A stretch of 64,000 bases of DNA from an uncultured Ignavibacteriota bacterium. GTDB lineage: Bacteria > Bacteroidota > Ignavibacteria > UBA10030 > UBA8401. The position numbers were made by a program, and so were the translations under genes. The stretch is from the NCBI GenBank assembly GCA_903884005.1, contig CAISDA010000040.1:1539-65538 (forward strand), read 5' to 3'. The first letter of the stretch is position 1. Each line of letters opens with the position of its first letter. The notes beneath the pieces are model-generated. The model did not search any database, had not been told where the DNA came from, and was given only the letters and a program-made list of their open reading frames with translations. Below, in pieces: positions 1 through 8,661 of this stretch.

Positions 1-2
1 CT

Positions 3-1256
3 ATGCAGCAGGCCGGCGTCACATTGAGCTTCAGCGACCTCGTGCAGAATTTTGAGATCGCAAACATCGTGAACGACAGGACCATCAACACAAAATACGG
101 ATACGTGTATCCGACGATCGTCAAGGCAGCCGGAACAACGTTTATGTCGCCGGGGTATACGTCGGCGGGCGACCCGGATATCATACAGCCGTACGGCGCG
201 ATGTACATGAAATTCAAGGCCGGGTCGAATCTGAAGGCGCTGTTCACGGCAGATCCGAATCTTGTCGTGAAGGCGCTGGAGATCACCGCGAGTTCACAAA
301 AACTTGTTGATATCACAAGCGGCGTCCAGTTTGCAGAGCCCGGGTTCGGTTCGACATATCCGGAAATCGATTTTATGATTATCAACCGGGACGCCAGTCA
401 GCATTCGGTCACGTCTGTCATCACAGGTACCGGCGTATCCGCCGTGGAATTAAAATATGAGATTTTCGAACCGTCAGGGTATCTGTCCAACGCCGAGAAC
501 GACACCACATGCGTGACATTCGATGGCGTCTCGGGCGCCAGGCTCGATTCTGTCAAGATCGCATTGCGGCGTCCGGGTTCGATGACGGGCGGCATCTGGA
601 GTCTCAACACGACGACGCGCCGTCCCTTGGGAACACCGCTGGCGGTTCCGATGACCGCAACCAGTACGATGGCCGCGCCGCCCGTGCCGTACCCCGTGCC
701 ATGGCCGAGCTGGGCGACACTCGATGTGCGGTCCAAAAATATCGACGCGTCGAATCCCTTTGTTGTGGCCGTACGGAACGAAGGTGTATACACTGCCGCG
801 CCCCGTGTGATGGTGAGCAAGTACGCAAGCAGCTCGTCGTATCATAGTTTCACATTCCAAAGTACGAACGCAACGCCGGACTGGTATTATTTGAGCGCAA
901 CGGCGGAACCGGACAGCATCTGGCTCTACCATATTCGCGCCTATGTGAGTTTCGGCCCGACCGATGTGCGCAAGCCGATGGAACTCATGCCGTCGACGAC
1001 TGCGCTGGCGCAAAATTATCCGAATCCGTTCAATCCCTCGACAACACTGCAGTTTTCGCTTGCTGCGCGTCAATTTGTGTCGCTGAAAATATACGATGTG
1101 CTCGGTAAGGAGGTAGCCGCCATCGTGAATGACGAACTGCCGGCGGGTACCTATTCCCGCACCTGGAATGCCTCAGCAATGCCGAGCGGCGTGTATTTCT
1201 CGACTCTGAAGGCGGGGGGCGTGACGGAAACAAAGCGCATCGTACTGACAAAGTAA
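3..1256 (+). CDS. Secreted protein (5'-truncated by window edge) with type IX secretion C-terminal sorting domain
   Basis: The long ORF ends in a Por_Secre_tail-like motif (NYPNPFNPSTTLQFSLA...GVYFSTLKAGG...KRIVLTK). The upstream part is Thr/Ser/Pro-rich. Confidence 0.75.
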   Translation: MQQAGVTLSFSDLVQNFEIANIVNDRTINTKYGYVYPTIVKAAGTTFMSPGYTSAGDPDIIQPYGAMYMKFKAGSNLKALFTADPNLVVKALEITASSQKLVDITSGVQFAEPGFGSTYPEIDFMIINRDASQHSVTSVITGTGVSAVELKYEIFEPSGYLSNAENDTTCVTFDGVSGARLDSVKIALRRPGSMTGGIWSLNTTTRRPLGTPLAVPMTATSTMAAPPVPYPVPWPSWATLDVRSKNIDASNPFVVAVRNEGVYTAAPRVMVSKYASSSSYHSFTFQSTNATPDWYYLSATAEPDSIWLYHIRAYVSFGPTDVRKPMELMPSTTALAQNYPNPFNPSTTLQFSLAARQFVSLKIYDVLGKEVAAIVNDELPAGTYSRTWNASAMPSGVYFSTLKAGGVTETKRIVLTK

Positions 1257-1435
1257 CAGCGCCGACCCATGTCTGAACGTGATCGAAGCGGTGGAGGGCG
1301 AAATAGTATTTCGCTCGGGGCGAGGTACAGTCTCGCCCCGCACTGTGACGATGTGTTTGGAAATTTCAAAAAATATTAAAAAATATACGAAGAGCGCTTG
1401 CCTTCATACTGCAAGTTTCTTATATTTGAAGGCAA

Positions 1436-1518
1436 GCGGAACTGGTGGAATTGGCAGACACACTATCTTGAGGGGGTAGCGCCCAAAAGGCGTGCGGGTT
1501 CAAGTCCCGCGTTCCGCA
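1436..1518 (+). tRNA. tRNA-Leu (anticodon GAG), class II with long variable arm
   Basis: Acceptor stem GCGGAAC pairs with GTTCCGC and the discriminator is A. Anticodon arm is CTATC-TTGAGGG-GGTAG, variable hairpin CGCC-CAAAA-GGCG, T-arm GCGGG-TTCAAGT-CCCGC. No encoded CCA. Confidence 0.85.
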
Positions 1519-1630
1519 CTACATGACAGGGGAAGTTGAAAATATTTTGAGGTCATAGTCGCATCAAACGGTACGATGTGCCGGTCTTCAATTGTTTGTA
1601 TTGTTTGCATAGTAAAGTAGAGGAGCGATC

Positions 1631-2035
1631 ATGAAAACGCTCGTAGTGGTTTTGGTATTGGCCGTGGTGAGCACTGCGCTTGCAGTGGCTCTTCCCATTA
1701 AAAGCGGCTCGCTCGTGGCCCGTTCAGACGGGAACAACGTGACCATTCAATGGGGCACGACGGACGAATCGGCGGTAAAGGAATTCGGCATCGAACGCCG
1801 TCCCGCAACCGGAAGTGATTTTGTGCTCGTTGCCACCGTGGCGGCGAAAGGCAGCAACTCGTCGTATGAATACGTGGACCAGACCGCGTTTAAGACCACC
1901 GGCTCGGTGTATCAGTACCGCATCAGGATCGTCGACACCAATTCGGGCGTCAGTTATTCTGAACCGATCAGCGTGTCGCACAATGTCTCGAGTGTGAAGA
2001 GGACGTGGGGAAGTTTGAAGGCGATGTTCCGGTAA
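1631..2035 (+). CDS. Small secreted hypothetical protein, fibronectin-III/Ig-like fold suspected
   Basis: N-terminal signal peptide MKTLVVVLVLAVVSTALAVA; beta-rich sequence (QWGTTDES...YQYRIRIVD); RBS-like GAGGAG upstream of the ATG. Confidence 0.55.
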   Translation: MKTLVVVLVLAVVSTALAVALPIKSGSLVARSDGNNVTIQWGTTDESAVKEFGIERRPATGSDFVLVATVAAKGSNSSYEYVDQTAFKTTGSVYQYRIRIVDTNSGVSYSEPISVSHNVSSVKRTWGSLKAMFR

Positions 2036-2074
2036 CACTTCGGGTGCACTGATAAACATAAAGTTTACACAAAA

Positions 2075-2106
2075 GCCTCTGCACTGTCCCATGCAGAGGC
2101 TTTTGT
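2075..2106. terminator. Bidirectional intrinsic terminator hairpin between convergent genes
   Basis: gcctctgcaCTGTCCCAtgcagaggc stem-loop followed by TTTTGT, with AAAA upstream. It lies between the convergent ORFs at 1631-2035 (+) and 2114-2491 (-). Confidence 0.5.
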
Positions 2107-2113
2107 GTTCATA

Positions 2114-2491
2114 TCACAGATTCGCGAACTTCCACGCGCCGATCCCGCCCTTCAGATTGCCGACGGTAAATCCCGCTTTCTTCAGTTGCACCGCAGCGCT
2201 GCTGCTTCTGCTCCCGCTCGCGCAATAGAGAATCACCTCGCGCGTTTTGTGTTTCTCCAGCGTTTTGATCTTTGCGGACAGTTCGTGCAACGGGATGTGC
2301 AGCGAGCCGGCGATCGACGACTGCTTGCGTTCCGCCGCCGTCCTGACATCCAGGAGCACGCTGCCGGCGCTGACGCGTTCTCTGGCTTCGCCGGGTGTAT
2401 ACTGCGCAATGCCGCGGGACTGCATTTTTTTCCATCCATACACGAGCACGACTGCTCCGGCAAGGACATAATAAAAGGTGAGTGAATCCAT
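2114..2491 (-). CDS. Rhodanese-domain sulfurtransferase with N-terminal membrane anchor
   Basis: Rhodanese fold with active-site Cys context (ILYCASGSRSSSAA) and an N-terminal hydrophobic helix. Confidence 0.8.
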   Translation of the reverse strand: MDSLTFYYVLAGAVVLVYGWKKMQSRGIAQYTPGEARERVSAGSVLLDVRTAAERKQSSIAGSLHIPLHELSAKIKTLEKHKTREVILYCASGSRSSSAAVQLKKAGFTVGNLKGGIGAWKFANL

Positions 2492-2680
2492 GGTGTGCGA
2501 TCTTTCGATAAGGTGTGGAAAGAGAACGTGCTATATCCTATAGGATGCAGGCTGCGGGTGAAACGATTCATTCGGTTGACGGCCTGCTGTTCTCCCGGAC
2601 ACGGGAGTGTTCGGTGCGCATGTACGGTGGAACCCCGGGCACGGTTCGCGTGCGTGGCGTGCAATGCGCGTGCTGCATTG

Positions 2681-2733
2681 AATGAGAAAAAGAGTTTAAA
2701 TGAGAGAAAGAGTTTGAACGAGAAAGTGTTGAC
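2681..2733. repeat. Tandem direct repeat, 18-bp unit x about 2.8 (AATGAGARAAAGAGTTTR)
   Basis: Units aatgagaaaaagagttta / aatgagagaaagagtttg / aacgagaaagtgttgac lie immediately upstream of a -35-like TTGACT. Confidence 0.6.
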
Positions 2734-2757
2734 TTAAAAAAAAATATTAAGTATTTT
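2729..2757 (+). promoter_or_regulatory. Candidate sigma70-like promoter (TTGACT-N17-TATTTT) reading toward the carbamoyltransferase operon
   Basis: TTGACT at 2729-2734, a 17-nt A-rich spacer, TATTTT at 2752-2757. The same architecture recurs upstream of prs (50473-50501) and the nif3-like gene (41058-41086). Confidence 0.35.
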
Positions 2758-3139
2758 GCTCACGAACATTAGAGGACGATTCACACCACGGGGACGAATG
2801 TTCACGAGAGCCTCACCCATACCCGTCGAAGTATACTGCTTCCAGTGAAGTGCATCAGAGTCCGTTCCGCACGACGGGGACTCAGACCGCGAAGCACTTC
2901 AGCCTAGATCGATCCTACCCGGGATCATGTTCTGCATTGCATCCGGTAGTGAATTCAATACAAAATACACCACACTGCGCTCTCCGGCTGCGGCATTGAC
3001 CCGGACTGAGCACCGCGTGTTCAAGAGTAGGGGTATTCTGTTTCTATCGCCGGTGTTTTTCCGGTACATCAACCAACACGCGCTGCGCTCGCCCATGAGC
3101 GCCGGGCAGGCAGTTGACCATCAACCAAGGAGCATCATT

Positions 3140-4060
3140 GTGAAGGCACAAGATTTTCTTTCCGTTCGTGACATGGATGCAGAAGAAATTCATGAAACGT
3201 TCCGCATTGCGCGGGACATGAAGGCTGACCGTAACAAATATTCCGCCGCTTTAAAGGGAGAAACGCTCGCGCTCATTTTCGAGAAGCCGTCGCTGCGCAC
3301 GCGCACATCGTTCGATGTGGGCATTCAGCAGCTGGGCGGATTTTCGCTCTATCTGTCTCCCGCAGAGATCAGCCTCGGCAAGCGCGAATCGGTGCACGAT
3401 GTGGCGAAGAACCTCGAGCGGATGGTGCAGGGCATCATGATCCGGACGTTCGCCCACCAGATCGTGGTGGATATGGCGAAGTATGCGTCGATCCCCGTGA
3501 TCAACGGGCTGACCGATTATTCCCATCCCTGTCAGGCGATGGCCGATTTTTTGACCATCCTCGAACACAAGAAGACCCTGGAAGGGCTGAAACTATGTTA
3601 TGTCGGCGACGGAAATAATGTCGCGCACTCGCTGATGTTCGCGGGCGCGCTGCTCGGCGTCAGCGTCACGGTGTTGTGTCCGCCTGATTTCGAGCCGGAC
3701 CCCGCGGCGCTCACGCAGGCCGTTGAGGACGCGCAAAAAACAGGCGCCGTGATAGAGGTTGTTCATGATCCGATCGAGGGAGTGAAGAACGCGGATGTGA
3801 TCTATACGGATGTGTGGGCCTCGATGGGACAGGAAAGCGAAACGGAAAAACGGAAAAAAATATTTCAGCCGTACCAGGTCAACAGCGGGTTGATGGCGCA
3901 TGCGAAAAGCGATGCGTTGTTCATGCACTGTCTGCCGGCGCACCGGGGCGACGAAGTCACGGATGCGGTGATCGACTCGCCGCAGTCCGTCGTGTTCGAC
4001 GAGGCGGAGAACCGCCTGCATGTGCAGAAGGCGATCATGTACCAGCTGATGAAACCATAA
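3140..4060 (+). CDS. argF: Ornithine carbamoyltransferase (anabolic ArgF or catabolic ArcB)
   Basis: STRTR carbamoyl-phosphate motif, HPCQ and HCLPAHRG ornithine-binding motifs. GTG start is preceded by AAGGAG at -7. An alternative upstream ATG at 3095 has no RBS. Confidence 0.88.
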   Translation: MKAQDFLSVRDMDAEEIHETFRIARDMKADRNKYSAALKGETLALIFEKPSLRTRTSFDVGIQQLGGFSLYLSPAEISLGKRESVHDVAKNLERMVQGIMIRTFAHQIVVDMAKYASIPVINGLTDYSHPCQAMADFLTILEHKKTLEGLKLCYVGDGNNVAHSLMFAGALLGVSVTVLCPPDFEPDPAALTQAVEDAQKTGAVIEVVHDPIEGVKNADVIYTDVWASMGQESETEKRKKIFQPYQVNSGLMAHAKSDALFMHCLPAHRGDEVTDAVIDSPQSVVFDEAENRLHVQKAIMYQLMKP

Positions 4061-4090
4061 CGTCAATACACCCAGTGTGAAAGAAACAGT

Positions 4091-5032
4091 ATGCCTAAAA
4101 CGGCACTCATAGCAATCGGCGGCAACTCGCTCATTCGCGCAGGCGAACGCGGGACGATCGACGAACAGCTCGGCAACGCGCATGCGACAGCCAGAAGCAT
4201 GGTCCAGTTGGTGGCGCGGGGCTGGCGTCTGGTGATCACACACGGCAACGGCCCGCAGGTGGGCGCGGCGCTGCTTCGCTCCGAGCGCGCTGCCGGCGAA
4301 GTCTACTCGCACCCGCTCGACGTCTGCGTAGCGACAACGCAAAGCGAGATCGGCTACATTATACAGCGGGCAGTGGAATACGAACTGCGCCAGATCGGCC
4401 TGTTCACGCCCGTGATGACGGTACTGACGCAGGTGCGCGTGGACGAACACGATCCGGCGTTCCTGCATCCTACGAAACCGATCGGGCCGTTCTATTCGAA
4501 GGCTGACGCCGAAGAAAAGGAACGGACCCTGGGATGGAGCATCGTTGAAGATGCATCCCGCGGCTATCGACGTGTGGTTCCGTCTCCTGAGCCCGTTGAA
4601 GTGTTCGAGCAGGACATTATCCGGAAAATTCTTGACCTGGGCATGATCGTCATCGCCGTCGGAGGCGGGGGAATACCCGTCATAGAAAAAGACAATTATC
4701 TTGTGCTCGGCAGGGAAGCGGTGATCGACAAGGACCGCGCATCGTCACTGCTCGCATCAGAACTCAACACGGACCTCTTTATTATCAGCACCGACGTGCA
4801 ACAGGTGTTTATCGACTATAAGCAGCCGACGCAGCGGGCGGTCGGGAACACGACGGTGAGTGAAATGGAAGGGTACCTGGCGCAAAAGCAGTTCGCCGCG
4901 GGCAGCATGGGACCGAAAGTGGAATCGGCGATCCGCTACATCAAAAAAGGAGGGCAGGAGGCGATCATCACATCGTTCGAGTGCCTTCTGGACGCGGTCG
5001 ACGGAAAAACCGGCACGCATGTGTTTCCCTGA
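4091..5032 (+). CDS. arcC: Carbamate kinase
   Basis: N-terminus MPKTALIAIGGNSL; VITHGNGPQVG motif; amino-acid kinase fold; 313 aa. Directly downstream of the OTC gene. Confidence 0.9.
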   Translation: MPKTALIAIGGNSLIRAGERGTIDEQLGNAHATARSMVQLVARGWRLVITHGNGPQVGAALLRSERAAGEVYSHPLDVCVATTQSEIGYIIQRAVEYELRQIGLFTPVMTVLTQVRVDEHDPAFLHPTKPIGPFYSKADAEEKERTLGWSIVEDASRGYRRVVPSPEPVEVFEQDIIRKILDLGMIVIAVGGGGIPVIEKDNYLVLGREAVIDKDRASSLLASELNTDLFIISTDVQQVFIDYKQPTQRAVGNTTVSEMEGYLAQKQFAAGSMGPKVESAIRYIKKGGQEAIITSFECLLDAVDGKTGTHVFP

Positions 5033-5083
5033 GCACACAGCCGGACACGGTTCCTGACTACATTATTCTGGAGAGACATCCCT

Positions 5084-6001
5084 ATGAAACTCACCCATGT
5101 CATCGAATCTCAACAGTTCACCGTTCCTTCGTTGATGGAATTATTTGACCGCGCCCAGCTGATGGAAAAGATCGCTGCCCGGGGCGGCACCCGCGACTAC
5201 GAGAACAAGATCATGGCGACGCTGTTCTACAAATCGTCGACGCGGACGCGCTTCTCGTTCGAAGCCGCGATGTACCGGCTCGGCGGGAAGGTGCTGGCGA
5301 CCGAGCACGCCAACGAATTTTCTTCGGAGATCGACGGCGGGCAGCTTGAGGATACCATCCGCATCATTGCGAATTGCAGCGATGTCATCGTGCTTCGGCA
5401 TACGGATGAAGGCGCGGCAAAACGTGCGTCGCTCGTGTCGACCGTACCCGTCATCAATGCGGGGGAAGGCGCAGGTGGGCAGCATCCGACGCAGGCGCTC
5501 CTCGACCTCTACACGATCTACAGGGAATGCAAGGCGCTCAACGGGCTGTCCGTTGCACTCATGGGCGAGTTGGACAACGGACGGACCGCGCGGTCGCTGG
5601 CGTACTTGCTCAGCAAATTCGACCGAGTGAAATTGTATTTTATCGCGCCCTCGGAGATACAGATCAAGCCGGACATCCTGGCATATCTGGACAGCCACCG
5701 GGTGCAGTATGAACTTGCCGAGAGCCCGGAACATATTCTCTCGCATGTCGATGTCGTGTATCGCACGCACATTGACCGCGAACGTCTTCAGCGCCGCGAC
5801 ATCGACCTGACGCCATACAACATCAACGCCGGCGTGCTCTCGACGATGAAATCCAATGCGATCATCATGCATCCGCTGCCGCGCTCGGTCGAGATCGATC
5901 CGGCTGTGGACAACGATCCGCGCGCCGTGTATTTTCGCCAGTCGCGCAACGGCCTGTTTGTGCGCATGGCGCTGTTGACAATTCTTTTCGATCAGGGATA
6001 A
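5084..6001 (+). CDS. pyrB: Aspartate carbamoyltransferase-type transcarbamylase (PyrB-like catalytic chain)
   Basis: STRTR, HPTQ and HPLPR motifs are diagnostic of the ATCase branch rather than OTC (HPCQ / HCLP); 305 aa. GGAGAG RBS. Confidence 0.8.
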   Translation: MKLTHVIESQQFTVPSLMELFDRAQLMEKIAARGGTRDYENKIMATLFYKSSTRTRFSFEAAMYRLGGKVLATEHANEFSSEIDGGQLEDTIRIIANCSDVIVLRHTDEGAAKRASLVSTVPVINAGEGAGGQHPTQALLDLYTIYRECKALNGLSVALMGELDNGRTARSLAYLLSKFDRVKLYFIAPSEIQIKPDILAYLDSHRVQYELAESPEHILSHVDVVYRTHIDRERLQRRDIDLTPYNINAGVLSTMKSNAIIMHPLPRSVEIDPAVDNDPRAVYFRQSRNGLFVRMALLTILFDQG

Positions 6002-6063
6002 GCACAGACAACTGAAGGATAGTACGTCGCGTCAATGGAATCATACACAAAGGATATTCCAGC

Positions 6064-7260
6064 ATGAATACGAACGACTATATCGCCCTCGAAGAAGAAT
6101 ACGGCGCGCACAATTATCATCCACTTGATGTGGTGATCGAACGGGCTGAAGGCGTGTGGGTGACGGATGTCGAGGGCCGCCGGTATCTCGACTGCCTCGC
6201 GGCATACTCGGCGCTGAATCAGGGGCATTGCCATCCGAAGATCATGGAGGCATTTGTTGCCCAGGCGAAGAAGGTGACTCTGACAAGCCGTGCGTTCCGT
6301 AACGATCAACTCCCGCTCCTTTATAAGATGCTGCACGACATGACGGGATATGAGATGTCGCTGCCCATGAACTCGGGCGCCGAGGCGGTCGAGACGGCGA
6401 TCAAAGCCGCACGCAAATGGGGCTATACGGTGAAGGGGATCCCCGAGAACAAGGCGGAGATCATCTGCGCCGCCGATAATTTTCACGGGCGGACGACAAC
6501 GATCGTGGGATTTTCGACGGAGGAACAGTACAAAAAAGATTTTGGTCCGTTCACGCCGGGATTCCGCATCGTGAAATTCGGCGACATCGATGCCCTGAAG
6601 AGCGCCATCACGCCGAACACCGCCGCCTTTCTCGTGGAGCCTATACAGGGAGAGGCGGGGATCATTGTGCCGCCCGAGGGGTATCTTCGTGAGGCGGCGC
6701 GGATCTGCAAAGAGCAGAACGTGCTCCTGATCTGCGACGAGATCCAATCGGGCCTCGGCCGCAGCGGCAAGCTCTTCGCATTCGAGTACGACAACATTCG
6801 TCCCGACATGGTCGTCATCGGCAAGGCATTATCAGGAGGTTTCTATCCCGTTTCCGCGGTACTTGCGGACAACAACATCCTCGGCGTCTTCAAGCCCGGC
6901 GAGCACGGCTCGACATTCGGCGGCAATCCGCTTGCCGCGGCCGTCGCCTGTGCCGCGCTGCGCGTGCTTGCGGACGAGGATTTGATCGCGAAATCGTTCG
7001 AGCTCGGCGCATATTTTATGGCGAAGCTCCGCGCGATCGACAGCCCGCATGTCAAGGAGATCCGCGGCCGCGGACTGTGGATAGGATTTGTGCTCGACAC
7101 GCCTGCGCGCCCGTACTGCATCGCGCTGATGAACGAAGGAATTCTCTGCAAGGAGACGCACGAGAATGTCATCCGGTTCGCGCCGCCGCTGGTCATCACG
7201 CGGGAAGAGATCGACTGGGCATGCGAGCGCATTCAAAAAGTTGTCTATGCGATTCACTAA
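6064..7260 (+). CDS. rocD: Ornithine--oxo-acid aminotransferase (class III PLP aminotransferase)
   Basis: OAT-like N-terminus (EYGAHNYHPLDVV), PLP-lysine region (VVIGKALSGG), 398 aa. Confidence 0.85.
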   Translation: MNTNDYIALEEEYGAHNYHPLDVVIERAEGVWVTDVEGRRYLDCLAAYSALNQGHCHPKIMEAFVAQAKKVTLTSRAFRNDQLPLLYKMLHDMTGYEMSLPMNSGAEAVETAIKAARKWGYTVKGIPENKAEIICAADNFHGRTTTIVGFSTEEQYKKDFGPFTPGFRIVKFGDIDALKSAITPNTAAFLVEPIQGEAGIIVPPEGYLREAARICKEQNVLLICDEIQSGLGRSGKLFAFEYDNIRPDMVVIGKALSGGFYPVSAVLADNNILGVFKPGEHGSTFGGNPLAAAVACAALRVLADEDLIAKSFELGAYFMAKLRAIDSPHVKEIRGRGLWIGFVLDTPARPYCIALMNEGILCKETHENVIRFAPPLVITREEIDWACERIQKVVYAIH

Positions 7261-7323
7261 TAATGAACGATCCTCTTTTCGCACTAAAGAGTGAAGCACG
7301 TCAATTATCATTAGGAGCAATCA

Positions 7324-8658
7324 ATGACGAATGCACAGCGAATCACGACGATCATCGTCGGTGCCGCAGGCCGCGATTTTCATAATTTCAATATGATCTA
7401 TCGGGGCAATGAAGCATATGATGTCGTCGCCTTTACGGCCGCGCAGATTCCGAATATTGCAGGCAGAAAATATCCCGCTTCGCTGGCCGGCTCGCTGTAT
7501 CCCTCCGGCATCCCGATCTTCGAGGAACGCGACCTCGAAAAGCTCATCGCAAAATTCAACGTGGAAGAGGTCGTCTTCTCGTACAGCGATGTCACCTATA
7601 ACCACGTCATGAGCATCGGCTCGCGGGTGACGGCGGCCGGCGCGCATTTCAAGCTGCTGAGCGCCGCTCAGACCATGATCAAAAGCACCAAGCCCGTCGT
7701 GTCTGTGTGCGCCGTGCGCACAGGCAGCGGTAAAAGCCAGACAACACGCCGTGTCTCCGCGATCCTGCAGAACCTGGGATACAGTGTGGCGGCAGTGCGT
7801 CATCCGATGCCGTACGGAGACCTTGAAAAACAAAAAGTGCAGCGCTATGCCACACTCGGTGATCTGAAGAAGCACAAATGCACGATCGAGGAGATGGAAG
7901 AGTACGAGCCGCACATTGTGAGCGGCACCATCATCTATGCCGGCGTCGATTACGCGGCGATCCTGGAGCAGGCGGAGAAGGATGCCGACGTGATCATCTG
8001 GGACGGGGGGAATAACGATCTGCCGTTCTATGCGCCCGACCTTCATATCGTCGTAGCCGATCCGCTTCGCACGGGCGACGAGTTGAAATATTTTCCGAGC
8101 GAGGCGAACCTCCGGCTCGCCGATGTTGTCATCATCAACAAGATCGATTCGGCCCTGCCGGACAATGTGACGAAATTGCGCGCCAACATACGCAGCGTCA
8201 ACACAACGGCGAAGATCATCGATGCCGCATCGCCGATCGCGCTCGAGGCGAGCCACACGATCGCCGGCAAGCGCGTGCTGGTGATAGAGGACGGGCCGAC
8301 CTTGACGCACGGTGAAATGAAATTCGGCGCAGGCACAGTCGCCGCGCTTAAATTCGGCGCCGGCGAGATCGTCGATCCGCGTCCGTACGTGAGCGGCGAG
8401 ATGAAGAAAACCTATGAGACCTATCCGAAGATCGGCGTGCTGCTGCCGGCCATGGGGTACAGCAACAAGCAGATCAAAGACCTTGAAGCAACGGTGAACC
8501 GCGTGCCCTGCGATGTTGTCATTATCGGCACGCCGATCGATCTCAGCCGCATCATCAAGATCACGAAACCGGCGCTTCGCGTTACGTACGACCTTCAGGA
8601 GATAGGCCAGCCCGACCTGCTGGCTGTGCTCAGCGACTTCGCCAGAAAAATACACTAA
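7324..8658 (+). CDS. P-loop NTPase, cyclic 2,3-diphosphoglycerate synthetase (cPGS)-like family, function unknown
   Basis: Walker A (VCAVRTGSGKSQTT) and Walker B-like (DVIIWDGG), 444 aa, AGGAG RBS. Operonic with the genes at 3140-7260. Family assignment is from memory of the domain architecture, not a search. Confidence 0.5.
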   Translation: MTNAQRITTIIVGAAGRDFHNFNMIYRGNEAYDVVAFTAAQIPNIAGRKYPASLAGSLYPSGIPIFEERDLEKLIAKFNVEEVVFSYSDVTYNHVMSIGSRVTAAGAHFKLLSAAQTMIKSTKPVVSVCAVRTGSGKSQTTRRVSAILQNLGYSVAAVRHPMPYGDLEKQKVQRYATLGDLKKHKCTIEEMEEYEPHIVSGTIIYAGVDYAAILEQAEKDADVIIWDGGNNDLPFYAPDLHIVVADPLRTGDELKYFPSEANLRLADVVIINKIDSALPDNVTKLRANIRSVNTTAKIIDAASPIALEASHTIAGKRVLVIEDGPTLTHGEMKFGAGTVAALKFGAGEIVDPRPYVSGEMKKTYETYPKIGVLLPAMGYSNKQIKDLEATVNRVPCDVVIIGTPIDLSRIIKITKPALRVTYDLQEIGQPDLLAVLSDFARKIH

Positions 8659-8661
8659 CGC

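Noticed and set aside
2495-2737. 80-aa ORF whose C-terminus translates the 18-bp tandem repeats (LNEKKSLNERKSLNEKVLT)
   Set aside because: No RBS or homology. The repeat lies in a promoter-proximal intergenic region and is better explained as a regulatory repeat.
2927-3139. N-terminal extension of the OTC ORF (the ORF-track start at 2927)
   Set aside because: The OTC homology begins at about residue 72 of that ORF. The GTG at 3140 has a perfect AAGGAG RBS, and the extension has no similarity to OTC N-termini.
7321-8655. Minus-strand ORF of 444 aa exactly mirroring the plus-strand cPGS-like gene
   Set aside because: Its composition is Arg/Asp/Ala-rich, typical of antisense reading of high-GC coding DNA. 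It has no recognisable motifs and no RBS. The plus-strand frame has Walker A/B motifs and an AGGAG RBS, and fits the operon.
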